Assembly: GCF_039541115.1 (NCBI RefSeq) | Contig: NZ_BAABFP010000008.1 | Location: forward strand, 310,001 to 374,000 | Reading direction: 5' to 3' | From: Angustibacter luteus | GTDB taxonomy: Bacteria > Actinomycetota > Actinomycetes > Actinomycetales > Angustibacteraceae | DNA length: 64,000 nucleotides | Part shown: positions 48,095 through 56,884 of the stretch, one piece after another | How the letters are laid out: each line of letters opens with the position of its first letter | Position numbering within the stretch: position 1 is the stretch's first letter | Program-made: the position numbers and the translations under genes | Notes under the pieces: model-generated | What the model was told of the DNA's origin: nothing | Seen by the model: only the letters and a program-made list of their open reading frames with translations | Database searches by the model: none

Positions 48095-49420
48095 TCAAGA
48101 CGCGCGTTGGGCGTGCGCCACCGGGGGCAGGCCGAGCGGCGTCTGGTCCATGGCGTGGATGACGATCCAGGCGGCCGCGCAGGCCAGGACCGCGGCCGGG
48201 ACGGTGTCCAGCCCGTTCGTCCCCACAAGGAGGGCGGAGATGAGCAGGGACGCGAACAGCAGCCGGGTCATCGCCGCCATCCCAGCGGCCGCGCCGACCG
48301 CCACGGCGAGCGTCGGCGAGACGTCCAACGGCAGCCCGGCCGCGCTGGCCACGGCGACGCCGATGAAGATCGCCGGGAAGACCGGGCCTCCGCGGAAGCC
48401 GCAGCCCAGGCAGACGGCGTAGGCCACGGACTTGCCGACGAGCAGGACCAGCACGATCTCCGTCGAGGTCTGGGACACCAGGGCGGGCAGCGACGCCTGG
48501 CCGGAGAAGAGCAGGTCCTGGGAGTCCGCGCCGAGCGCGCGGGTCGCGAGGGCGATGAGTCCGACCGCGAGCCCGCCGAGCACCAGCAGGCCGGGCACGC
48601 CGAGTCCGGTGTGCCGCAGGCGTTGCAGGTGGTGCGCCCCGAAGCGGATGAGCGTGCACAGGATGGCGACGACGATGCCCACGGCGATCGCCAGCACCAG
48701 GTCCTTCAGGTGCGTGCCCTCGTACGCCGGTAGCCCACTGACCTTCAGCGTCGCCGCGTCGATGCCACCCCAGGAGCCCAGCCCGACGAACAGCAGGTAG
48801 CCGACGGCAGCGGCGACCAGACCGGGGAGCAGCAGCGGGATCGCGGCCGCGCCGAGCCCGACGCTGGCCTCGACGAGCAGGATGCCGGCGGGCAGCGGGC
48901 CGCCGAAGAGCGCGGAGATCGCCGAGAAGGAGCCGGCCACGGTGAGCGTGGCGCCCCCCGGCCCCTTGACCTTGACCAGGCGGATCATCGCGACGCCGAC
49001 GACGGACCCGAGCGCGATCAGCGGCGCCTCGGGGCCGAGGACGGCGCCGAACGCCAGCGAACCCAGCGCCGCGAGCGCGACCCCCGGGAGGTGCGAGAGC
49101 GGGGTTGGGGTGGCGTCGAGCCCGTTGATCGGTTCGTGGCCGCCGTCGCCGGGGAGCAGCACGCGCGCGGCCGCCACCAGCGCCGCACCGACGACCGGCA
49201 GCCCGACCACGAGGTACCAGGGCGGTTCGCTCGCGCCCAGGTGGTTCGGCAGGTCAACCCACAGCAGGTCCTCGAGCCAGTGGACGACCGCGAGGAAGAC
49301 GGCCGCCAGTCCGGCCGCCGGCAACCCGATGAGCGCGGCCAGCCCGACGAGCTTGAGGTAGGCGCCGCCGGACGGGGCGGTCGCCGGAGCCGGGCCGCTG
49401 GGCGTCCCTTCGGGCTCCAT
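48095..49420 (-). CDS. ClC (voltage-gated chloride channel) family protein
   Basis: About 11 TM; GAVLGPEAP, LFGGPL, FSGQ, GFRGGPVFP; GGAGG RBS before ATG 49420. Confidence 0.82.
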   Translation of the reverse strand: MEPEGTPSGPAPATAPSGGAYLKLVGLAALIGLPAAGLAAVFLAVVHWLEDLLWVDLPNHLGASEPPWYLVVGLPVVGAALVAAARVLLPGDGGHEPINGLDATPTPLSHLPGVALAALGSLAFGAVLGPEAPLIALGSVVGVAMIRLVKVKGPGGATLTVAGSFSAISALFGGPLPAGILLVEASVGLGAAAIPLLLPGLVAAAVGYLLFVGLGSWGGIDAATLKVSGLPAYEGTHLKDLVLAIAVGIVVAILCTLIRFGAHHLQRLRHTGLGVPGLLVLGGLAVGLIALATRALGADSQDLLFSGQASLPALVSQTSTEIVLVLLVGKSVAYAVCLGCGFRGGPVFPAIFIGVAVASAAGLPLDVSPTLAVAVGAAAGMAAMTRLLFASLLISALLVGTNGLDTVPAAVLACAAAWIVIHAMDQTPLGLPPVAHAQRAS

Positions 49421-49569
49421 GATCCGTCCTCCTGCTGCAGTCGCCCGGCGATTCTCCTCGGCACGTTGCCTGGTGGCGAGTCCGGTGGGCATCACCCGGG
49501 CTGGGTGAGGCGCGTCCCAGTTCGCCGACCCGGCTCAAGCGCTGCGGAGCCGGGGTCGATCCTGAGCAC

Positions 49570-50343
49570 GTGACTGTTCGCTCGCGCGCACCCCGGCTCG
49601 CCGCCGTCGTGCTGATGGCCGGAGCCCTCCTCGCGGGGTGCCAGTCGGCTCAGGACGTGGGGCCGAGCGACCCCACGACCTCGGCGCCGTCCGCGGCTGC
49701 CACGGGGACGACGTCCGGGCGACCGACCTCGTCGGCCGCCCCGTCGGCCGCAGCGGCGCCGGGGACCGCGCTGGCCGCGCTGCGGCGGCTGCCGGTGAAG
49801 GGGCGCGCGCCGAAGACCGGCTACTCGCGCGAGCAGTTCGGTCCGGCGTGGAAGGACGTGGATCGCAACGGGTGCGACACCCGCAACGACGTGCTGCGGC
49901 GCGACCTGAGGCCGTATGTGCTGAAGGCCGGGACGCACGGGTGCCTGGTGCTGCGCGGCACGCTGAAGGACCCGTACACCGCTCGCACGATTGCGTTCGT
50001 GCGCGGGGTCGGGACGTCGTCCGACGTGCAGATCGACCACGTGGTTGCCCTCTCGGACGCCTGGCAGAAGGGTGCCGGGAGGTGGACCGACGCCAAGCGC
50101 GAGGCGATCGCGAACGACCCCCTGAACCTGCTGGCGGTGGACGGGCCGACCAACGCCTCGAAGGGGGACGGTGACGCTGCGACCTGGCTGCCGCCGTCCA
50201 AGCCCTACCGGTGCTCGTACGTCGCGCGGCAGGTGGCGGTGAAACGCGCGTACGGGCTGTGGGTGACCGCCGCGGAGCGGGACGCGATCGCGCGGGTGCT
50301 CGCCACCTGCCCCGGCCAGAAGCTGCCGACCAGAGTGGGGTAG
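49570..50343 (+). CDS. Lipoprotein HNH endonuclease (DUF1524 family)
   Basis: LAGC lipobox; GYSREQFG..W.D, CDTRNDVL.RD, DPYT, IDHVV, ANDPLNL, N..KGD, WLP. Confidence 0.9.
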   Translation: MTVRSRAPRLAAVVLMAGALLAGCQSAQDVGPSDPTTSAPSAAATGTTSGRPTSSAAPSAAAAPGTALAALRRLPVKGRAPKTGYSREQFGPAWKDVDRNGCDTRNDVLRRDLRPYVLKAGTHGCLVLRGTLKDPYTARTIAFVRGVGTSSDVQIDHVVALSDAWQKGAGRWTDAKREAIANDPLNLLAVDGPTNASKGDGDAATWLPPSKPYRCSYVARQVAVKRAYGLWVTAAERDAIARVLATCPGQKLPTRVG

Positions 50344-50407
50344 TTCGGCCGTTTCGTCTCCCGGCCTTGCAGGAAACCCCTACACGGCAGGCGGTCGCGC
50401 GCCTAGC

Positions 50408-50974
50408 GTGTGCCGGGTGCCACCGCTGCTGCTGGTGCTCAACGGGCCTCCTGCCGTCGGGAAGTCGACGCTGGCCCGGCGATATGTCGCGGACCACCCC
50501 ACCTGTCTGAACCTGGACGTCGACGTGCTGCGCGGCTCGCTGGGTGGCTGGCAGAAGGACCCGCACGCGTCCGGCTTGTGGGCCAGAGCCCTCGCACTGT
50601 CCATGGCTCGGGTGCACCTGCTCGGCGGTGACAGCGTCGTCGTGCCGCAGCTGATCGCTCGGCCGCAGTTCCTGGACGCGCTCACCGATCTGGCGACCGA
50701 GACGGGCGCTCAGCTGGTGGAGGTCGTGCTCGTCGACGACCGGGGCCGGTTGGCGACGCGATTCGCGGAGCGGACGGCGCGGGCCGAGCGTCCGGAGCAC
50801 GTGGACGCCGGGTGGCTGGCCGCCGCTGGTTCGGACCGGTTGGGACCGACGCTCGAGCGGCTCGAAGCCCTGGTGGCGCAACGGTCGTGTGTCGCCCAGG
50901 TCGCGATCACCCCGGACGACGTCGAGGCGACCTACCGTTGCCTGCTGGAGGCGATCGCCGATCATGCTCGCTAG
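50408..50974 (+). CDS. P-loop kinase-like ATPase (AAA_33-like)
   Basis: LVLNGPPAVGKSTLA, LNLDVD. Confidence 0.8.
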   Translation: MCRVPPLLLVLNGPPAVGKSTLARRYVADHPTCLNLDVDVLRGSLGGWQKDPHASGLWARALALSMARVHLLGGDSVVVPQLIARPQFLDALTDLATETGAQLVEVVLVDDRGRLATRFAERTARAERPEHVDAGWLAAAGSDRLGPTLERLEALVAQRSCVAQVAITPDDVEATYRCLLEAIADHAR

Positions 50975-51800
50975 CGAGCGGCTGGGTTTCCCGGCGGACG
51001 CGCGGGTGCTCATCATCAACGCGGACGACTTCGGCATGTACCCGGCGATCAACGCGGCTGTGCTGGAGTCGATCGAGCGCGGAGTGGCTAGCTCGTGCTC
51101 GCTGATGCCGCCGTGCCCGGGCGCGGCGGAGGCCTTGCGGCTGCTCATGGCTCGACCGAACCTGCCGTTCGGCATCCACCTCACGCTGGTCAGCGAGTCG
51201 GCGCGGATGCGGTTCCGCCCGATGGCCGGCCCCGAACGGGTGCCCTCCTTGGTCGACCGCGATGGCTTCCTCATCCTGGCCGAGGATCGAGAGTCGTTGC
51301 TGCGCATCGCGATCCTGGGAGAGGTCGAGGTCGAGCTGCGAGCTCAGATCGACTCGGTGCTGCGGACCGGGCTCTCTCCGACCCATCTGGACTGGCACAG
51401 CCTCGCCGATGGTGGCCGGTCCGACATCTTCGAGCTCGGGCTCGACCTCGCCGCCCAGTACGGTCTGGCGGCGCGGGTGTGGCTGGAGCCGGGACGCCAG
51501 CTAGCACGTGGGCGTGGACTGCCCGTCGTCGACCACCCCTTCGTGGACAGCTTCAGCCTCGGCGTCGAGGGCAAGGCCGAGCGGTTCGCGGCCCTGGTGG
51601 AGGCGCTCCCTGCTGGGCTGAGCGAGTGGGCCGTGCACCCCGGTCCAGCCGGGGCAGACGCCGAACCGGCTGACGACGGGCGATGGGTGCGCGCTAGCGA
51701 TCTGGCTTGGCTGGCTTCCGCGGCGGCCGCGCAGCAGCTGCGAGACGCAGGGATCACCGTGATCGACTACCGCGGGCTCCAAGAGGCCTGGCGCGGGTGA
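50964..51800 (+). CDS. YdjC/ChbG family deacetylase
   Basis: IINADDFG, GIHLTL, PTHLDWH, EWAVHPG; start at ATG 50964. Confidence 0.88.
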   Translation: MLASERLGFPADARVLIINADDFGMYPAINAAVLESIERGVASSCSLMPPCPGAAEALRLLMARPNLPFGIHLTLVSESARMRFRPMAGPERVPSLVDRDGFLILAEDRESLLRIAILGEVEVELRAQIDSVLRTGLSPTHLDWHSLADGGRSDIFELGLDLAAQYGLAARVWLEPGRQLARGRGLPVVDHPFVDSFSLGVEGKAERFAALVEALPAGLSEWAVHPGPAGADAEPADDGRWVRASDLAWLASAAAAQQLRDAGITVIDYRGLQEAWRG

Positions 51801-51815
51801 CGCGGGTTCGCCGAG

Positions 51816-51888
51816 TGGGCCCCGTGGGGATCGAACCCACAACCCGCGGATTAAAAGTCCGCTGCTCTGCCAGTTGAGCTAGAGGCCC
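51816..51888 (-). tRNA. tRNA-Lys (anticodon TTT)
   Basis: GGGCCTCTAGCTCAACTGGCAGAGCAGCGGACTTTTAATCCGCGGGTTGTGGGTTCGATCCCCACGGGGCCCA; 73 nt, CCA not encoded. Confidence 0.97.
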
Positions 51889-51908
51889 GGGACATGAGCG
51901 TTATAACG

Positions 51909-51943
51909 GGGAGAACCCTCGGGAGAACCCTCGGGATAACTCT
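51909..51943. repeat. 12-bp tandem repeat next to the tRNA 5' end
   Basis: gggagaaccctc x2 plus a degenerate third copy gggataactct. Confidence 0.75.
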
Positions 51944-52459
51944 GGTGTCATTCACCCACGATCCGAGCACGAGTATGCCGCAGACCATGCCCGCGTCATC
52001 CCGCCGCCTGCGCGAGCAGCTTTGCTGCCCTACGGTGCACTCCCGGCTGTGGCGCGCCGCCGCAGGCGACGTAGCGCGCGTCAGTCGCAGACCTCGGATT
52101 GATGTTGCTCTCGTCCGGCGAGCGACACGATGCCGGGCCTTCTCCAGTCCCTCGCCGGGCCGCCGGAGCCAGCAGTGCAGCGCGCATCCGGCGGCCCCCT
52201 AGGCCCTGCACTTCGCCCACTTAGACGCTGCACTCCGCCCAACGTGACGCGCCTGCTACCCACCACGGCGGGACGGTTGAGCATGCTCAGCCCGTTCCAG
52301 TTCGGAGCCCTTCACACGATCGCCGAAACGTCGGCATGATCAACACAACACCCGTACTCGGAATGGCGGGCTAGGCTCGAATGACCAAAACGGCTTGCAG
52401 ACGCGGCCTGAGAACCATCCACCCAGAGCGCCAACCGCGACAGCCCCAGGAGTGATGCT

Positions 52460-52894
52460 GTGTCGAGTGAGCCCGAAGCCATTGCGGGTCTATTGAGGTC
52501 TCAGGGGCAGATGAGTTTCGTGGAGCCGGCAACCAACGCGGACATCGAGGCCTTCGAGGCGAGGCATGAGCTTCCACTGCCGTCTCAGCTCAAGCAATGG
52601 CTACTCGTTTCGGACGGTGGAGACTTCTTCCTTCCAGCAGGGTTTCAGTTGCTAGGCGTGGCACATCTTCCATTGATTGATGTTGATGACCCCGATCGAC
52701 CGGATGACAGCTACGTCGTGATCGGCGCGTTGTCGTCCGGTGACCCAGTTCTGTGTGAGAGATCAAGTGAGCGAATCTCGATCTACAACCATGAGGCCGG
52801 AAGGATCGAGGACGACGAATCCTTCCCCGACTTCTTCACCTTTCTGACCGGTTTGGTTGCCGTCGTTGGCGCCGGTGAAGACGATGTCGAGTAG
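52460..52894 (+). CDS. SMI1/KNR4 (SUKH) family immunity protein
   Basis: PAT..DI.AFE....LPLP...KQWL..SDGG; VIG..S.GD; IY.HE; F..F..FL. Confidence 0.88.
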   Translation: MSSEPEAIAGLLRSQGQMSFVEPATNADIEAFEARHELPLPSQLKQWLLVSDGGDFFLPAGFQLLGVAHLPLIDVDDPDRPDDSYVVIGALSSGDPVLCERSSERISIYNHEAGRIEDDESFPDFFTFLTGLVAVVGAGEDDVE

Positions 52895-53660
52895 GACTGC
52901 AGGAGCCAGCCGCGCGATCAAGGAGGCATGGGAGAACGAGCGGCGTCTCGTGCTCGAAGGCAAAGGAACTCGTGACTGGTCGGAAGAGCACCAGAGACAG
53001 ATCAAGGACAAGGGCAAGGCTTACGACGACCAGGGCAGGGCCTTCGAAGGCCAACACATGAAAAGTGTCTCGTCGCATCCGGAGTATCAGGACGACCCTC
53101 GAAACATCCAATTCCTCTCGCGCGAAGAACACCTCGCAGCCCATGGTGGCAATTGGAAGAATCTGACCAACGGCTACTACGACCCAGCGTCCAGGAGAAC
53201 GTTAAGCTTCGGAAACAGCCCTCCCCAACCGTGCGTCGAGATGACGCTCACGAATCCGCTGTATGTCGATCTCCTCGGCGCAGCCAGCACGCAGACTTCC
53301 GGCAGCGCGAGTAAGAATGCGGATTCTCTGACGGACGCGACTGCGGCCTCAACGGGCCGCTGGCGACAGGGGGCCCGATCACTGCAGCGCGTTGCCCAGC
53401 AGGCGTCGAAGGATCCACGCGTGCGGGCCGCGGTCGTTTCTGTCATCGCCACAGTGGCCACGGAAGCGCTCAACCGCGCCAGGTCTGCGGGGACACATCG
53501 CACCAACGGTCGCTCGACGCATCCATCCATGAGGGCGGCACCGGGCCCCGACACCGATTCTCCGTTTGTAGGCCGTCAGTCGCCCGAGGCGCATAGCGTG
53601 AGTGGATACACCAAAAGGAACGGGACCAACGTTCGGCCGTACCGACGAGGCGGGAAGTAG
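52884..53660 (+). CDS. Tox-GHH-like (teneurin C-terminal-like) HNH nuclease protein
   Basis: AIKEAWENERRLV..GKGTRDWS, FEGQHMKSV..HPEY..DPRNIQFL...EH..AHGG; overlaps the SMI1 gene by 11 nt. Confidence 0.75.
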   Translation: MSSRTAGASRAIKEAWENERRLVLEGKGTRDWSEEHQRQIKDKGKAYDDQGRAFEGQHMKSVSSHPEYQDDPRNIQFLSREEHLAAHGGNWKNLTNGYYDPASRRTLSFGNSPPQPCVEMTLTNPLYVDLLGAASTQTSGSASKNADSLTDATAASTGRWRQGARSLQRVAQQASKDPRVRAAVVSVIATVATEALNRARSAGTHRTNGRSTHPSMRAAPGPDTDSPFVGRQSPEAHSVSGYTKRNGTNVRPYRRGGK

Positions 53661-53989
53661 GACGGGGACTGCTGCACCGATCGGTGACACCTTGACGTGC
53701 GTCATATCGCCGCGTCAGCGTGCAGTCGAACGAACCAGCAAGGAGCAGCTGGAGGGAGCACTTCGGCATCGTGCAGCGTAGGTAGGCGATGGAGTTGCGT
53801 CCTTGCACCGCCTGAAGCCTGCGCGTGTACTCGACGACGTCCCCGGAAGCCTTTCCTGTAGAGGCGTCATTCCGCGGCATGGCGGCCACCTCATGTCTGG
53901 CGCCTTTCTCCGGTGGGATTCTTCCGACTCGCAGTTGGCAGACACGAGTAGTGTCGATTGCCGGGGTTCAGACGCGATTGGGGAGTGCC

Positions 53990-55258
53990 GTGGCTCGACG
54001 TGGGTTCTTCGCTGAGATCCACTACCAGAACCAGCAGGCAGAGAAGCGGAAGCGACAGCAAGCTGCGGCTTCGGCGCGCGCCCAGGCCGCAGCTCAGCGA
54101 GATCTTGAGCGTGCCCGCCGAGAGTCGGAACGTGCCATGGCTGCGGCGACGAGGGCCAGCGTGGCCGATCAGAAGCAGGCAGAGAAGCTGGCGGCCCAGC
54201 TGCATGCCGAAGAGCGCGCTGCCGAGGTTGCCGCCATGAATGCCCAACTGGCAGAGACCTACACGGAGATCGATGGGCTCTTGGCAGCGACGCTTGCGGT
54301 GGATGACTACGTGGACCTCGAGTCGTTGAGGGTCGCCTCCGTACAGCACCCGCCGTTCAGCCCTGGGCACCTGGCGACGACAACTCCGACGATGGATCCG
54401 CTGGTGTATCCGCCCGAGCCTGTGTACGAGGAACCAGCCGCCCCGAAAGGCATGTTCGCGTCGAAGAAGAAGCACGAGGATGCGATCGCGCGGGCTCAGG
54501 CCGCACATCAGGAAGCCGTCCGGCGCTGGAACGAGCACAACCAGGCCCTCTATGCCGGACATGTCGCCGAGTTCGAGCGCCGCCGGGTGGCTGAGCAACA
54601 ACGGCTGACCCAGTTGGCGGCCGCCGAGGATCGCTATCGCCAGGAATGTCAGGCCCGAGAGGAAGAGGCTCGCTCGCGAAACGAGGCGATCACTAAGTTC
54701 ATCAACGATCTCGCCTTCGACGTCCCCTCCGCGATTGAAGAGTACGTGGGCGTCGTGCTGTCCAACTCGGTCTATCCGGAGTCCTTCCCTGTTGCGCACG
54801 AGCACACGTTCGACCTAGCTACCCGCGAGCTGACCATGACGGCGATGGTCCCAGAGCCAGCCGAGGTTCCGGTCGTCAAGGAGTTCCGATACGTCAAATC
54901 GAAGGATGAGATCAGCCCCGCGCCCTTGCCGGCGCGCGAGCAGAAGGATCGGTATGCCGGCGCGGTTTGGCAGGTCGCCGTACGAACCCTCCACGAAGTA
55001 TTCGAGGCAGACCGGGCCGGCAGGATCCACTCCATCTCCTTATCAGTGGCCACCAGCCGGATCGCCCCGGCGACAGGGCTTACGGAGTCCATCCCGCTCG
55101 TCCAGGTCGCGGCCGACCGGAACGCCTTCACCTCCTTCGACCTGGCCAGAGTTGTGCCCAAGGCCACGCTGGAGCATCTCGGGGCCGCGTTGTCGAAGTC
55201 GCCGTTCGACCTCACTCCGGCAGACATCGGTCCCGGCGTACGGACTCGAAAGGTCTGA
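53990..55258 (+). CDS. Coiled-coil protein resembling the N-terminal part of long Mrr-type restriction proteins, with no nuclease domain
   Basis: Charged helical N-half; L.NS.YPE.F, P.VKEFRYVK.KDEI, VAVRTLHEVFEADR, FDLARV.P.ATL.HLGA..SKSP; GGGAG RBS before GTG 53990. Confidence 0.65.
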   Translation: MARRGFFAEIHYQNQQAEKRKRQQAAASARAQAAAQRDLERARRESERAMAAATRASVADQKQAEKLAAQLHAEERAAEVAAMNAQLAETYTEIDGLLAATLAVDDYVDLESLRVASVQHPPFSPGHLATTTPTMDPLVYPPEPVYEEPAAPKGMFASKKKHEDAIARAQAAHQEAVRRWNEHNQALYAGHVAEFERRRVAEQQRLTQLAAAEDRYRQECQAREEEARSRNEAITKFINDLAFDVPSAIEEYVGVVLSNSVYPESFPVAHEHTFDLATRELTMTAMVPEPAEVPVVKEFRYVKSKDEISPAPLPAREQKDRYAGAVWQVAVRTLHEVFEADRAGRIHSISLSVATSRIAPATGLTESIPLVQVAADRNAFTSFDLARVVPKATLEHLGAALSKSPFDLTPADIGPGVRTRKV

Positions 55259-55262
55259 CACC

Positions 55263-56720
55263 ATGCGATTCAATCCGCCGCCGGGCTGGCCAACGCCCCC
55301 GTCGGGATGGACGCCACCGGCCGGCTGGTCCCCTGACCCTTCCTGGCCGCAGCCGCCGCCCGGATGGCAACTGTGGCTCTCAGACGAAGCGGACGTCGCT
55401 GACGCACGCGAATCGTCGAACGCGCCGCCGACGATCCCACCAGCCCGGCCGGATTCCGCTACCCCAAGACCGGTCACCCCAATCTCAGCTGGCGATGCGC
55501 TCGAACCGGGCACATCCGCGCCGCCGACACCAGACTCAGGGACTGTAGAACCGTTCGCGTCCAGCTCGGACGGCGGCGAAATCTCGGCGCTACGTGCCAG
55601 GGTTGCCGAGCTAGAAGCGACCCTGGCCCAAGTGCAGTCGGGGCTGGATCCGGTGGAGTTGGACGACCAGCGCGTTTTGCAGGACGTCGGCATCTACCGC
55701 TACCACCACCCCCTCGAAGACGCGGCTGCCTACAAGGAGCGCCTGAAGGCGCTCGAGGCGCAGATGGGCGACATCATCAAGATCGGCCGTGGGGTGCTGG
55801 CAGCGGACATGTTCACCTTCTCCGGCTCGCTGGCCAAGGGCCGCAAGATGACCGCAGACCTGTCCAAGCTGATGCTGCGCGCCTACAACGCCGAAGCCGA
55901 CAACTGCGTCCGGTCGCTTCGCTCAGGCAACATCGTCACCGCGAAGAAGCGACTGGAGTCGGCCGTTACGGCGATCCAGCGCCTGGGCGCGATGATGGAA
56001 ATGCGGGTCAATCCCGACTACCACGCGCTACGGCTGCAGGAGCTCGAGCTCACCGCGGACTACCAGATGAAGGTGCAAGAAGAGCGCGAGCGAGCTCGCG
56101 AGGAGCGCGAGCAGCTTCGTGAGCAGCGGCAGGCCGAGCAGGAGCTGGCGGCCGAGCGCGCGCGACTGGACAAAGAACGCGCACACTACGAGAGCGCACT
56201 GGTGACGCTACGGGATAAGGGAGACGACACTGCTGCGGACGAACTGGCTGGTCGGCTAGCCGAGATCGACGCCGCGATCGAGGCCAACGACTACCGCATC
56301 GCCAACATCCGAGCAGGCTATGTGTACGTGATCTCCAACATCGGCGCTCTCGGACCAGACATGGTCAAGATCGGCATGACCCGCCGCCTGGAGCCTCTGG
56401 ACCGAGTGCGCGAACTCGGCGACGCATCGGTCCCGTTCCCCTATGACGTGCATGCTCTGTACTTCTCCGAGGACGCGGTCACCCTCGAGAACGAGCTACA
56501 CAAAACGTTCGCCGACCGAAAGGTGAACCTCGTCAACGAGCGACGAGAGTTCTTCTTCGCCACCCCAGCCGAGGTACAAGCAGTACTGCTGGAGAAGGCA
56601 GGCGGACTGCTGCAGTTCGTCGAGAAGCCGGAGGCACTCCAGTACTTCCAGAGTCGAACCCGCTGGCCGCAATGGGTCAACCCGCCTAATGAGACCGGCA
56701 TTCGGGGCGACCGCGAGTAG
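55263..56720 (+). CDS. DUF4041 + GIY-YIG (T5orf172/MUG113) nuclease with Pro/Trp-rich N-terminus
   Basis: MRFNPPPGWP..GW repeats; GIYRY, KLMLRAYNAEAD, LRLQELEL; AGYVYVISNIGA..KIGMTRR, ELGDASVPFPYDVH, LE.ELH, REFF. Confidence 0.88.
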   Translation: MRFNPPPGWPTPPSGWTPPAGWSPDPSWPQPPPGWQLWLSDEADVADARESSNAPPTIPPARPDSATPRPVTPISAGDALEPGTSAPPTPDSGTVEPFASSSDGGEISALRARVAELEATLAQVQSGLDPVELDDQRVLQDVGIYRYHHPLEDAAAYKERLKALEAQMGDIIKIGRGVLAADMFTFSGSLAKGRKMTADLSKLMLRAYNAEADNCVRSLRSGNIVTAKKRLESAVTAIQRLGAMMEMRVNPDYHALRLQELELTADYQMKVQEERERAREEREQLREQRQAEQELAAERARLDKERAHYESALVTLRDKGDDTAADELAGRLAEIDAAIEANDYRIANIRAGYVYVISNIGALGPDMVKIGMTRRLEPLDRVRELGDASVPFPYDVHALYFSEDAVTLENELHKTFADRKVNLVNERREFFFATPAEVQAVLLEKAGGLLQFVEKPEALQYFQSRTRWPQWVNPPNETGIRGDRE

Positions 56721-56884
56721 GTCTCTGGCTCTAGCCAATGCGCCGCCGAGGTCCGTCGCGCCGGCGCCAGGACGTGCGTCATTCCGCCGCGAGCGTCGCC
56801 CGCACTTGCCCGTACTGGTATGCGCAGGGGTATCTGCGATCTGCTGGGCCGGGGCCAAGGCTCGATGCGCTCGGATCGCGAGGG

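Noticed and set aside
49500..51816. Island integrated at the tRNA-Lys 3' end
   Set aside because: No duplicated tRNA 3' fragment or integrase found on that side by eye.
51894..52450. Short ORFs between the tRNA and the SMI1 gene, and at 53660-53990
   Set aside because: No motifs, RBS or codon bias; probably non-coding or decayed.
53825..55262. ORF-track starts at 53825 and 54906
   Set aside because: Better starts are GTG 53990 (with RBS) and ATG 55263 (4 nt after the upstream stop); the extensions are non-coding or overlapping.
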